Assembly (NCBI GenBank): GCA_964016885.1
Contig: OZ024742.1
Location: 242,730,001-242,794,000, forward strand
Source of the DNA: Eledone cirrhosa
Taxonomy: Eukaryota
Direction of reading: 5' to 3'
DNA length: 64,000 nt
Notes under the pieces: model-generated
The model's input: the letters and a program-made list of their open reading frames with translations, nothing else
What the model was told of the DNA's origin: nothing
Databases searched by the model: none
Shown here: piece by piece, positions 10,200 to 22,772 of the stretch
Layout of the letters: each line of letters begins with the position of its first letter
Numbering within the stretch: the stretch's first letter is position 1
Program-made: the position numbers and the translations under genes

Positions 10200-12633
10200 T
10201 ACAGCGTGATAGGACCACACTAAAATCACCGGGGGTGATGAAATCACCGGTGGTTATGTAACCATACATTCACCAATCCTCGATAAGAGTGTTTAAATGT
10301 CGAACCTAAACAGTTAGAATAACGGTGAAGTGGAGACTGGAATGTCATGTGACAGACTCTCACCCAGCAGGTGCTCCCTGGCTCAGCAGCAGAGACCTGG
10401 CTGTCAACCAAATACTGCTGGTGTCGGAGGAAGAAGAAGAAGGAAAGGGACCAGAACCAACTGGACGAAAGAATTGAATAGAACTGTTATGCAATGTTAC
10501 CTGAAGAGTAACCCCAAGGAGAAAGGCTATAGGAAACGGATGCATAACATCTGGAACGAGATTGGTCTATTTAAATTAGATGAACAAAAATTGGCCGGGC
10601 AGGCTCGGGTAATAAGAACTAATAGGTGGATAAGCGAGCTGGAACTGGAGGAACTGAGCAGAGAGATTAGGTTGGAAATGGAGAGTGGAGTATGCCAGGC
10701 AAACGTGCCAGTGGGAAATGAAGGTGAAGAGGTTGAGAGAACGGAGGAACCATCCGAAGCAGACAATGATCTGAATGCTGAAATAAATAATACCTGGAAC
10801 AGAGATACGGCCATTGAGGAGATGAATGCTGACGGGCTAGGACAAGATTTGGTTGATATCCTAAACTTAGTGGTAGATGAATTGAACAATGATAGTGGGA
10901 AACCTATGAACTTGAGATTTGTAGACAGGAAAAAGTTAAAAGAAACAACAGCTAAGGTAAACAAAGTCATCCCGTACCTTGAGGCGAGGAGCCTTCACCA
11001 GTGCAACAATATCCTCAAAGCAACAGCAAGTGCAGTGAGGAAATTACTTGGCATAAAAGCGACAGGAAACAACAAACAAGAAAGATCAGGACCTTGGTGG
11101 AAGAAACGACTGAATGGTCAAATCAAGGAAATGAGAAATGACATTGGAAAGCTTGAGTCCCTACTGAATGGGACACTAAATAACATAGACACTAAAAATA
11201 GACTGGAAATAAAGTACAAAACTAGGAGGAAAAAGCTAAATATTATCATAGAGGAACTGAAGCAACGCATTGTAGCAAAGAGTGCAAAAATTAGGCGATA
11301 CGAGAGCAGAGTCAGTCAGTATAGACAGAACCGCATGTTTGACAACAACCAGAAGATGCTGTTTGGACAGCTTGAAGGGGAAAGAAAGAGGCAACGACTT
11401 GATCCCTGAGGCGGAGCAAACTAAGACATTCTGGAGAGGAATATGGGAGCAGGTTGTTAAACATAATGACCAGGCAGTGTGGATTGAAATAGTACAAAAG
11501 GAGATTAGTGAACAGGCACACCAACAGACTGATTTGAGTATCACAGTTGAAACTCTTAAGGGGCAGGCCAAAAAACTAACCAACTGGAAATCACCAGGCC
11601 CAGATGGTGTGCAGGGGTATTGGATTAAAAATATAACATCCCTCCACTCGAAACTGACAACCATGTTCAATGACTGCTTGATGTCAGGTGAGGTACCAGA
11701 GTGGTTGACAAAAGGTACCACAGTTCTGGTAATGAAAGACCGAATCAAGGGTAATGATGTTACCAACTATAGACCTATCACATGTCTGTCCGTAATGTGG
11801 AAACTGTTGACAAGCATCATGTCTGAGGAAATCTACCATCACCTCCACACAAACAACTTGTTACCGGACGAACAGAAAGGATGCCGAAAAAGGTCCCGTG
11901 GTACAAAGGACCAGTTACTTATTGATAAGATGGTAATGAGGAATTGCAAGAGGAGACACACTGGTCTTGCCATGGGATGGATAGACTACAAAAAGGCATT
12001 TGACATGGTGCCTCATTCTTGGATCACCAAAAGCCTAGAGATCTTCAAGGTGGCAGATAACATCAGACAGTTGTTGGGCAAAAGTATGAAGTCCTGGAAA
12101 ACAGAGATAACATCAGCTGGAGAATCTTTGGGAGGCGTGACGATCAAGAGAGGTATCTTCCAGGGAGATAGTCTGTCCCCTCTGTTGTTTGTCATTGCCC
12201 TGATGCCCCTGACCATTATACTGCGAAAAGTGAGAGCAGGATACAAGTAGGGAAAGGGAGAGCTTACCATCAATCACCTCCTCTTCATGGACGATCTTAA
12301 GCTCTTCGGGAAGAGTGAGAAGGAGTTGGATGTGCTTGTTGACACTGTCCGTATTTTCAGCAATGATATATGTATGCAATTTGGTATTAGTAAGTGTGGA
12401 GTCTTTGTGATGAAGAAGGGTAAATTGAGCAGAGGCAACGGAATCCAGGTACCAACAGGTGAGATGATAAAGGAAATTGACACTGAAGAAGGATACAAGT
12501 ATTTGGATGTTCTGGAGGCTGATGACATCAAGAACAAAAAAATGAAGGAATTGATAAGATCTGAATACATTCGGAGAGTAAGGAGCGTATTAAAGTCACA
12601 TCTAAACAGTAGGAATGCCATAAGTGCATTAAA
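10200..12633 (+). mobile_element. Dong/R4 element 5' part (N-terminal domain + RT), 3'-truncated, disrupted
   Basis: R4-type N-terminus (RTNWTKELNRTVMQCY...GYRKRMHNIW) and RT motifs (NWKSPGPD, NYRPITCL, DYKKAFD). Frameshift near 11390, TAG at 12248. 12023-12626 closely matches 7527-8130. The 5' boundary is approximate. Confidence 0.9.
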
Positions 12634-12672
12634 TTGCTGGCCTTGTGCCAAAAGTAGAAACAATTATTATAA
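12630..12672 (+). mobile_element. SINE family A 3' tail fragment fused to the broken Dong element
   Basis: AATTGCTGGCCTTGTGCCAAAAGTAGAAACAATTATTAT. Confidence 0.8.
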
Positions 12673-13018
12673 TAATACTTCGGACATGTGTGTGTGTGTG
12701 TGTGTGTGTGTATTTAAATCTGTAGGAAAAACAAACGACTAGGCGTGAAGTATAGATTAGAAGTGAAGAATGTAATCAAAGTTCATTCTTTAACACATGT
12801 TTCAATACAGCATCAGTCTACGAGTGCTGGTTGCATATTAATATTATTATTATGCCCATTCTCTAGCAATACGTTAGAAAGATTTCAAAGTTCAAGCTGA
12901 GGTCACTGCATCTTGCAGTAAAAATATTCTTACTGCTATCCACTCGGATTAAAAGGTAACTACACTAATAGAGGTGAGATAGAAAAGATATATGTTGGAG
13001 GGACAAGGAAAGTAACAA

Positions 13019-13073
<55 letters not shown>

Positions 13074-13315
13074 TTTTCTTTATTAACCACAAGGGTTTAC
13101 ATAAAGTAGACATTAAGGACAGTACAGGACAATACAGGACGGTACAAATGGGCATTTCTGCGTGTAAAAAAACAGAGGTTGAAATAAAATAACAAAGAAA
13201 TATTCCCCAATAGGGAAGAGACTTCCGAGGGACATTTGTGGAGAAAGCCCATTAAAAGACCACAGTGGTCCTGACCACCAGGGCAAGTGCCCTCTCCCAG
13301 TTTTCCACCTTTAAT

Positions 13316-16300
13316 TTACAGACACATACTCAGAGAAGGCCCATTCATTCGAGCCATACTTGCTTCTCTCACCCATCTTTCAACAAAATGCTGGGAAGAG
13401 AGCACTTCCCTCTCTACCCTGATTTTCCTTTTCAAATGAAATTTGAAAAAGTTAATCAGGGCATCACCGAAGAGGTAAGTGCTCGTCTTCAGCCCTTTCA
13501 AACGTGTCCATCATACTATCTCTTTCGCCATGGCCACCAGACAGATAAAAACTGCCTGCTCTTCCCGGCTAAAGGAAGGGGGCGGGGCAATCCTCACGAT
13601 GGACTCAGCTGATAGCTGGATCCGTCCTACACGTGACAGCAGGTGTTCGACATAAACCCACAAGTCAGCAATGCTCGGACACTGGACGAGTGCGTGCAGG
13701 ACGGTTTCGTCGCCCTGCGCGCATCTCGGACATGCCCGGCTGACGGCACCTCCATGCCTGTAGAGTTTATCCCGAACTGGCAAAGCTCCTCGGTAGCACT
13801 GCCAGGCCAGGGATTTCTGGAAGTTGTCCATAGGCCCCGGCCCGAAAGTCCTTCCGAAGAGATTGGCTAGTTGATTTTCGTCGACGCCTAGAGTTTCCCC
13901 AAGTACGTCGTCGCTCTTCCCCTCCACTAATCCCCTATAGAACGCCAAGGTAGAGTTTCCACCGATCACATTGCTCGATTGATCGAGGGCTGTGAGCGCC
14001 TGAAGTAATTCCAGTCTCCAAGCGCTCCCTCTCGGTCTTCGCTTGACCCAGGACTGCAGCTCCGTCAAGGAGACGAGCTGGGGAAAAACGTGTCTAGCAA
14101 ACGGCGACCACACCTGATCACCGTCGAGGAAGAGGTGGAGATGACGTAGCCTGAGCGCGTGTCTGTGCATCATCAGCCACGGCATGCCCAGCCCTCCACG
14201 TAGCGGGTGTTGACAGCAGATGGACCGCCTGACCATCGGAGCGCGTCCCTTCCACAAGAAGCGAAAGAGCAAACGCTCCAGCGCAGTCAGGCGGGGCTTA
14301 GGACAAGGTACGACGGTCAGGCGGTAGTAGATGACGGATGCGATGTACGCATTCGCCACCTCCGCTCGACCTTTCAGGGATAGCTTCCTCTCGGCCCATT
14401 TCTGGGTGAGAGAAGCCACCCTGCTCGTCACCTCGTCCCAGTTTTTGTCCGTCTGGAGGTCTGGACCGAACCAGACCCCTAGCAATTTAACCGGTCCGTC
14501 CGTCCAGCGCCCGACGATTCTGTTGGACGACATGGACCTGCCTCTCCAGGTGCCGAGCTGCAGGCCCACTGACTTTTCCTGGTTGATCATTGCTCCTGTC
14601 ACCGCTTCGTATTCTCTTAGTGTAGTGCCGATCGCCTCGATGTGTTTGGCGTTCGACACCACTACGGTGACATCGTCCGCATATGCTGACACGGATCTTC
14701 CGCATCCTAGTTCGCGCGGGACCCCCCTCAACGTCTCCAGTTTGTGCAGTAATGGCTCGAGAGTCAATACGTACAATAGGGACGAGAGGGGACATCCTTG
14801 GCGGACCGAGCGCATGATGTTGAACGGTTCCGAAAGGTGACCGTTCACTCTCACTACAGAGCAGATGTCGCTGTGCATGGCAGCGATCCAGCCTCTGAAG
14901 ACGGGCCCAAAGCCAGCCGCCCTCAGGACTGCCGCTAGGTAACGATGGTCGACCCTATCGAAGGCTTTGGACTGATCTAAATTGATCAAAGACCCACCCG
15001 TGCCAGGTTCCCTAGCTACCCTCTCTACGATGTATCGCATGAGGTGGAGGTTGTCGTGTATGGATCTGTCGGGAATGGCGCATGTCTGTGCATCTCCCAC
15101 CAGACCACCAACGACAAGCGCCAACCTCTTTGCTAGCACCTTGGCCAAAATCTTGAACTCTGTGTTTAGCAGAGTTATGGGCCTAAAATTATCTATGTTA
15201 TCCCCCTTGTTCGGATCCTTTCTCAGCAGCGCCACCGCTCCTCGGCTCACAGAGCTGGGAATTCTCCCGTTCTGTTGCCAGTTGCAGTAGACGTCCGCCA
15301 AGAGGCCTCCGAACAAGTTTGGCATTTGTACGTAAAGTTCATAGGGCAGACCATCCAAACCAGGCGATTTACCCCTTGTGCAACTAGTCATTGCATCCCG
15401 TACTTCAGCGGTTGTTATCGGCTTTTCGCAACACTCCGCCTCAGTGGCCGAAAGCCGCGGCAGTCCGTCGAGGTAGACACTAAAGTCCATCCCTCGATCC
15501 GGCCCGCCACTGCCCCCGAACAGTTGAGCGAAGTGTCGCTGAAAAGCTTCACACATTTGCCCGGGATCGAGTAGCATGCGCCCGTCGTGGTCCACCAAAA
15601 ACCGGATCGTGGCTTTGTTGCAACGACGCGCCTCCGCCACTCGGGCCCATTGAACGGCTTTCGTCCCCTCGTGTCTGAGAGCACGCACCCTAGCTCTGAC
15701 AACGCAGCCTTCGTGCTTTGCATTGAAGAATTGGTCAAGGGCCAATTTCGCCGCAAGTACGTCGGTCGCGATGCCTTTGCTAAGCGCCTCATCTAATTTT
15801 CTAACTAATTCTCCATCTGCTCTATTTTTCTCTATTGCTAAAGTCTTACTAAACCTAATGGACTCTATTCTAATTGCTCTTTTCAGAGCAAACCACCACT
15901 TGTTGTTGATGATGGCCCCCGTCAACGCCCGCTTAACTAGCTCGCTAATCCGGTCTCTGTAGGCCTTGCGCGCTGGTAAGGACGCGTTTAGCTTCCAGTA
16001 GCCGGGTCCTCGTCTATGAAGCCTATCTAAGTCAAGCACACAGATCACGAATTTGTGGTCCGTGTAGCTGACTATCTTGAATTGTGGACAGCCTATGCTA
16101 GACCTATCTATTTCCCTACAAAATACTCTATCTAGATATGATCTGGATGACCCTATGCGATTTGTCCAAGTCCACATTGGTACATTCGGGAAATCCATTC
16201 GGTACCTGTCAGACAGTTCAAAACGTCTGAGCAGGTTGGTGAGACTCTTGCACCCTCCTTCCCTATCCACTAATCCCGCACAATCCCAGCGTGCATCTAA

Positions 16301-16735
16301 GATCCCGTTCCAGTCGCCCACTAACACTAAAGAGCGGGACGTTCCAAGAAAGGTCTCCAGACGCCGGAAGAAATCAGGCCGCCCTGCTCCTGTCGGGGCA
16401 TAGACGGCCACTAACCTGAAAGCTTGCCCGTCTCCGCTGGTCACGTCCAGCACCACCAACTTACCTTCTGGGTCCAGGAAGATGGCCCGTATGGCAAGAT
16501 CCAAACCTCTCCGAAAAAGCACAGCAACTCCTCCCCCCGATCCCGGACGGATGGGAGATGCGTACACATCGTAGCCGCCGAAGATCGGTGCGAAAGCCTG
16601 TGCTTCGGAGATTCTGGTCTCGCTGATGGCCACTACATCTATGTTTAGTGACCTGAGGTCGTTGAGCAGGTGGCCCTGCTTCCATGACGACCCCAAGCCA
16701 CGCGCATTTATGCTGCCTATTCTGAGTGAGGTCAT
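13316..16735 (-). CDS. ORF2 (APE endonuclease + RT + Cys/His C-terminal finger), one premature TGA at 13511-13513
   Basis: 1074-aa ORF (GDWN, YLDR, TDH; YADD; CPRC...ETVLHALVQC). The same frame continues to 13316, and copy B has Trp-Trp at the TGA-TGG position. Confidence 0.93.
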
Positions 16736-16769
16736 GTTGAAAAGGAGTGGAAAAGATGGGAAAGACCAC

Positions 16770-18750
16770 TTACCTTACTTCTCGTAGGGAAAGGACGGTT
16801 TTTCCATCCTTTTCACTGCTTGTGGCCTCTTCAGGAAGGATGTCCTTATAAATCCTCCTGGAGTCGGAAGTCTCCGATGTCTTTGGGGAATTTTTGTTTT
16901 AGTGTCATGTACGTTTTCTGTGTGATGCGAGTGATTTGTATGTGTGGAGGTGGTGTGAATTTTGGGGTTGTTGTGTAGTCTTTTTCTGTGATGCTGGTGT
17001 TGTGTTGGATGTAGTGTAATAATTGCTTGTTGTTCAAATTTAATGCTGTGTAGTGTGTATCGTTTTGGTTGTTTTGTTTTGTTTGCGTTTGTTGTGGGTT
17101 TGTTTCTGTTTCGCATTTTGGTGACTTTTGTGGTGTAGGTGATGGTGATGCTGGGGTTAATGATGGTGATGGTGTTGGTGTTTGGGTTGATGGGGTTGGT
17201 GATGCTGGTGTGGATGGTGGCATATCTGTCCTAACTTTTTTGTTTCTTAATTTATTTGTTTCCCTCTGTATTTTGTTTTTGGAGGGGGAAGGAAGAGAAT
17301 TTTTTCTTTTTTGGTTTCTTTTTTTTTTCCGGATATCGTTTCCCACTCCTCATCGTCACAATCTGTCTCCAGTTGTGATAGGCCGGGGAGTGGAAAATCC
17401 TCCACAGCCGTTAGTTTTGGTTGTGGTGTGGTGGATGGTGTAGGCGCTGGTGCTAGTTCTGAAGCGTTGGGTGGTGGTGGTGTTGGTTTTGCTGGTGGTG
17501 GTAGTGGTGTTGGTTTTGCTACTGTTGCTGGGGTTGTTGCTGTTATAGTTGCTTCTGTTGTTGCTGCTACAGTTGTTGCTGCCATCTCTGCTACTGGTGG
17601 TGTTGATGGTTGTGTCACTGGGGTGGGTAGGAGAGGTGGCCTCAACCTTTTAGCCTGAGGGCAGAAAGCCCTTTGGTGGGTTCCTTCACCACAAACCACA
17701 CACCTAGGTCTTCTGCCCTCGACAATTACCGTGAGGTGGCTGCCGTCAGTGAGGTCTATTACCTCTGGGATCTCCTCAATGCTTTTTTGGTCCGCTTGGA
17801 TCAGGAGCTCCATCCCAGTTTTCCTGCTTTTCTTTTGCTATTGCTATTATTTTCGTGTTGGCTTCGATGCCGGCGAGGACAGCCGCTATTAGCCAGGGAA
17901 TTTCGATGGCCGGTGGAACGTGGGTCACCCTGATCTTTACGAGTCTCTGGCCACAATAGCTTGGGATGAGTGTGAAGTCGTCACTTTTTAATGGGGCCAT
18001 GGAGTGTTCTCTAGCCTCCTCTGGTGTTTCAAAGAACACATCCACGGTTCCATACTTTTGCCCACGTCTGATGTGGGTTTTTCTTGCCCACACATGTCCC
18101 AAAGCTTTTTGGATTTGGGACTCGGATGCCCGTTCCACTCGGCGCGATTTTACATTTATTGTTCTATACGACACGGTGCATAGGCGCCGATGCTACATTT
18201 TATTAGGTGGGGGGGTGAGGCTGACCCTGTACCCATCTTTCTTTACCATTTGATTGGCATTTTCTAAATCTTCCTGAGTTACCGTGAAAGCTTCGAATTG
18301 TTTTGCTACTCTGGCGAAACTGAGGGGGGGTTTTATAATGTCATTGTTGTTGTTGTTGCTATCGTTATTTGTGTTAATATTAATTTTAGTTTCAGTTGTG
18401 GTGGTGGTGACGTCAGTCGTCTTTGGTGCGGAAGAGTCCATTTTGCTTGATTTCATTTCGACATCACGAGTTAATTTATTTTTTTCTTCTTTTGTTTCTG
18501 TTGTCGCGGTGGTGGTGGGGGTGGGGGTTGTCGCGGTGGTGGTGGTGGTGGTGGTGGAGGCTTTAACACCTGCAGTCATTGGTAATGGCGGGAAATGAAT
18601 GTCTGCCTGAGATAAATTTAAAATATTGCTACTGCTTATATTTTTTTTTGTGTTGGCAAACGTAGTAACATTTACAATGGTGGTGTCGGTGTGAGGTGTT
18701 ATTTTGTGAGGAAGGCTTTCAGCTGCTTCGTGCAGAGGGGAATTAGCCAT
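16770..18750 (-). pseudogene. ORF1 with zinc knuckle, frameshifted
   Basis: Pieces 18193-18750, 17776-18174, 17247-17813 (CVVCGEGTHQRAFC) and 16846-17346, then a final frame RIYKDILPEE...LREVR*. Confidence 0.85.
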
Positions 18751-18957
18751 TTTTTTTCAAAGAAATTTTTGGATAATAATAAAAGTTAAAATTTTGGGCA
18801 CAAGACCCCAATCTTTTTGGGTGTCCTTTTCGGAAAACAATGTATGTGTGCTTATAAACAGTTAACAATAAAATTTTCCATAAATGGCAATTTTTAACAA
18901 ACGGAAATAACAAACCTTTGCGGAGCTCACGATGATACGATTTACTACGTAGGTCGC

Positions 18958-19040
<83 letters not shown>

Positions 19041-19249
19041 GATAGTAAAAAAAATGAGCTAGGAAAAAAAACAAAACATAAGGGGTGTAAGCTTACTTAT
19101 ACATAAACACACTTGTATATATATATATGTGTGTGTGTGTGTGTGAGAGAGAAAAGAAACAGAACTGCGGTCGCAAAAGAAAAATATTTCAGATTCAAAC
19201 TACAAACTACAAGTTTTCCTATTCGAAATAATTCCCAACCTTCTCTGTC

Positions 19250-19993
19250 ACGCCTCCATGCACTACTGGAAAGAATCACGGGATTCTCAGAAGCTCCGTT
19301 GTCTCGGCCTTATTGATGGCTTCTACGTCCGCAAAATGAGCCCACTTGAGCTTGGGGTAAGGGGAAAAGGTTTGCTTCGATTTCAAGAAGCTCGAGGACG
19401 CCATGACACATTTGCATACGCCTCTTCTTCTGGTTATCATTTAGTAACTTTGGCACCATCTTCGCGCAGATCTTCCGCTTGCCTAAATCTTTGGTGATAA
19501 TCTTCCGAACGCTGTTGCGGTTCATGTCCTGCTCACATGCGATCAGTCAAACAGTCAGCCGACGATCGCCACCCACCACATGCCTCGCGCGCTCAACGTT
19601 GGCCTCAGTCTTGCTCTTTGAAGGCCTCCTGCTCCTGGGGTCATCATTCCCGTCCTCGTGTCTCTTTTTGAGCCGTTTATTCCAATCAAAAACCTGCGGA
19701 TGTGACATTGTCTCATCTTTGTACACTTGCTGCAGTATTCTGAGTGCTTCTGGCGGAGTTTTCCGCAACCTGGCTAGAAACTTCAGGATGGTTCGTTGTT
19801 CTGTGTCCATCGCTCCACGGCCTAAAATTGAAGAATTGTTAACGTGAAAAACATAGAATAGCTCAGCAAGCGGAGATCGCAGTTGCATACTCCCCGGATA
19901 TGATGCCACACGGTGACGCAACCCACACATCACGATCGCTCTCATAGCTCACACAGCACATTAAGTCCTGTTACTTTTCTGATACACCTCGTA
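19250..19993 (-). mobile_element. Mariner-family DNA transposon remnant (one TIR + transposase N-terminus)
   Basis: TIR TACGAGGTGTATCAGAAAAGTAACAGGACT; HTH region EQRTILKF...DDPRSRRP, and KICAKMVPKLL (WVPHEL-like); stops and a deletion. Confidence 0.88.
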
Positions 19994-20019
19994 TATGCAT
20001 GCGCATATGTATGTAACTA

Positions 20020-20087
<68 letters not shown>

Positions 20088-20091
20088 TACA

Positions 20092-20128
<37 letters not shown>

Positions 20129-20132
<4 letters not shown>

Positions 20133-20972
20133 TAGCGAGAATCGCATTTCGGCTATTGGAAATTAACGAAAAACAACTTCCGAGATGTGTGGCAAGCGCT
20201 CCATAGAAACTAGTGAACTAGAGCAACAACGTACGTTGAAAGGCCAAACACACTGAGACGATGGTTAAACCATTATCCGCAAAGCCATAGAAACGACCAA
20301 GCTATTCGGATCAAACAAATAATAAAATATGATTGAAAATTATACCCGGACCCCTGGAAACGGTGGTAAAATCCAATATGGGTTTCTGCAACTCCTTAAT
20401 CAGGTACTGTCTGCTTAAACAAATAATGTTAAGCTTTTGGTATGATGATCGAACAAGGAAGTCACTTTTTAAACATGCATTTAGTTCTATGCAAAGCTAA
20501 GGAACTGACCGTTATCTAAACCCACGTGGGGTTTAGAAGAGAGACAACCCCTAGTCTTGGCGGATGAATTCAGTATGTGTGGTTATTGCAAAATTGCAAA
20601 ATATAACACAACGAATTAAGCTCTCAACAGAATAGTTTTAAAAAATTTACATAAGCTATTAATCAGTCAATAGAATTAACTACAAAAATCAAAAAGAAAA
20701 ATTTAACTGGTTAATAGCTAGACTCTGGAGATTAATACAAAAATAAATTAGCGAGAATCGCATTTCGGCTATTGGAAATTAGCGAAAAACAATTTCCGAG
20801 ATGTGTGGCAAGCGCTCCATAGAAACTAGTGAACTAGAGCAACAACGTACGTTAAAAGGCCAAACACACTGAGACGATGGTTAAACCATTATCCGTAAAG
20901 CCATAGAAACGACCAAGCTATTCGGGTCAAATAAATAATAAAATATGATTGAAAATTATACCCAGACCCCTG

Positions 20973-20975
<3 letters not shown>
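20129..20975. repeat. Non-coding 616-bp unit present as ~1.4 head-to-tail copies in (TA)n
   Basis: 20130-20358 is repeated at 20746-20975; a diverged inverted homologue lies at 28261-28811. Confidence 0.85.
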
Positions 20976-21013
<38 letters not shown>

Positions 21014-21049
21014 ATGATATCTCTTTGCTTATATATATATATATATATA

Positions 21050-21960
21050 TATATAATTGAAAAAGTAGAGAATAACATGGTCAACAGTACAAAAAAGGGG
21101 ATTTATTTACAGTCTAACAATTGTTTCTCTGATAAAGTTCTCTAAAAATTGCTGAACACTAGAAGTGCCACTCAATTTTAAATACAATGCTAGCTCGATC
21201 AGATCTTCAGAAACTGTTATAAAAAATATATATAACCAGCAAATTTACAAATTCAAATTACATCATCAATAATAATATTAATAATAAATATATAGGGAGA
21301 GAAAGAGAAAATTAGGGAGATAGATACAGGAGAGAAAGAAAAGAAAAGGAAAAGAAAAAAGAGAAAAAGAAAATGAAAAAGAAGAGGAAAAAGGAGAAAT
21401 TAATACAGAGAAAAATATAGAGAGAAGAAAATATATGGAAAAATTATGGTATAAAGAGGAGAGAAAAACATAAAGAGAAATAACGTAGGAGAGAAAGAAA
21501 AATAGAGGGGGAAATAATATCAGCAATAAATGAATAAACGTTAATACTTGGATAAATGTAAATAAAAATAAAAATAAAAATAATAATAAATATATAAATA
21601 AATAAATAAATAAATTATATCTAATATGATATAAAATGGTATAAAATGTGAAAAACGAAAAATGAAAGTATTTAAAAAATGAAAAATGAAAATATTAAAA
21701 TATTAAAATATTAAAATATTAAAATAAATAAGTAAAAAAGTAAAAATATGCGAAGAAAATTTAAACATAAAGATTATTGCGAGTGGTTTTTGAGAATGAC
21801 TACAATATAGAGATATACACATAGATACACGAAGGTATAAATATGATAACGTTAAATATATTTGTGTGTGTTTTGGTTATTTTAATAAATATATTAATTA
21901 TTTAGTTGTAAGTTATATTATATGATAAAATAAAATGCCAGAGATGAAATAAATTTAGGG
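21050..21960 (-). mobile_element. Probable Penelope-like element 3' UTR/pseudo-LTR remnant
   Basis: Terminal hammerhead motif plus a strand-biased low-complexity UTR resembling 22900-23860; no ORF left. Confidence 0.45.
21109..21217 (-). ncRNA. Type I hammerhead ribozyme with long stem II insert
   Basis: ACAGUUU-CUGAAGA-UCUGAU-(64 nt)-AUCAGA-GAAA-CAAUUG-UU-AGACUGU. Confidence 0.75.
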
Positions 21961-22368
21961 AAAGAAATATAAAGTATATATATATACTAGACCACCCGTG
22001 ACCCGTTGGATCACGTTCACTTAAAAATAATTTTTAAATAATTAAAATATACACAGACATATATATAATGGGAAATGAAACTGGAAGGTCCATATATATA
22101 TACGTGTGTGTATGTATATATATAAATGTGTGTGTTTGGATACATATATATATGTGTGTATGTTTGTGTGTATATACATATGTGGGTGCCTGTGATCTAT
22201 ATACACTGGTCATAGACACACATATACTGACATATATATATACACACACTCACATATATATATATATATATATATACACAACAACACCACCAGCTCTCTC
22301 TCTCTCTCTCTCTCTGTCTTCCATTCGCCTTCGATGTCTCCTCTCACAACCACTATCTCTTTCTCTCT

Positions 22369-22451
<83 letters not shown>

Positions 22452-22628
22452 ATGAAGGTACCCAGAAAACCCCGTATATCGTGAAGCCATGCTTCGATTT
22501 ACGCGAAATTTGTTTTATTCCGTTTGTATCCCCATTTCAGGGTCAACTTCCTTTCAAAGTATTTTCCCATTATGCGCCCTTTTGGTTGCATTACATTACA
22601 AAGCAAGCAAGCAACCACATACTTTTAG

Positions 22629-22686
<58 letters not shown>

Positions 22687-22772
22687 GCAGAGGTTATATT
22701 TAATTTGTTGGGACTCAACAAGCTTAAACATTTTTATAACTGATATAAAGCACTCAACAAGTTAGTGGCGTA

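Larger units (their letters stand above)
13073..18958 (-). mobile_element. Tx1/L1-clade LINE copy C, full length (~5.9 kb), between two (TAA)n tracts
   Basis: 5' UTR, ORF1, ORF2 and 3' UTR with AATAAA; (TAA)n at 13019-13072 and 18959-19038. Confidence 0.95.

Noticed and set aside
10200-10300. Ribozyme in the Dong 5' UTR
   Set aside because: Only a CACCGG/GGTGAT hairpin is visible; I could not build an HDV or hammerhead fold.
16775-17116. Track ORF ending ...PSFPYEK as the ORF1 C-terminus (and 322-1077 ending ...HRTIK)
   Set aside because: Three-copy comparison shows the conserved frame is R[IV]Y.DIL.E...; these ends are frameshift products.
20129-20975. 616-bp unit as RNase P/MRP, or 28283 onward as a Naiad N-terminal ORF
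   Set aside because: The P4-like motifs are not shared by the two copies, and indels and stops between copies break any frame.
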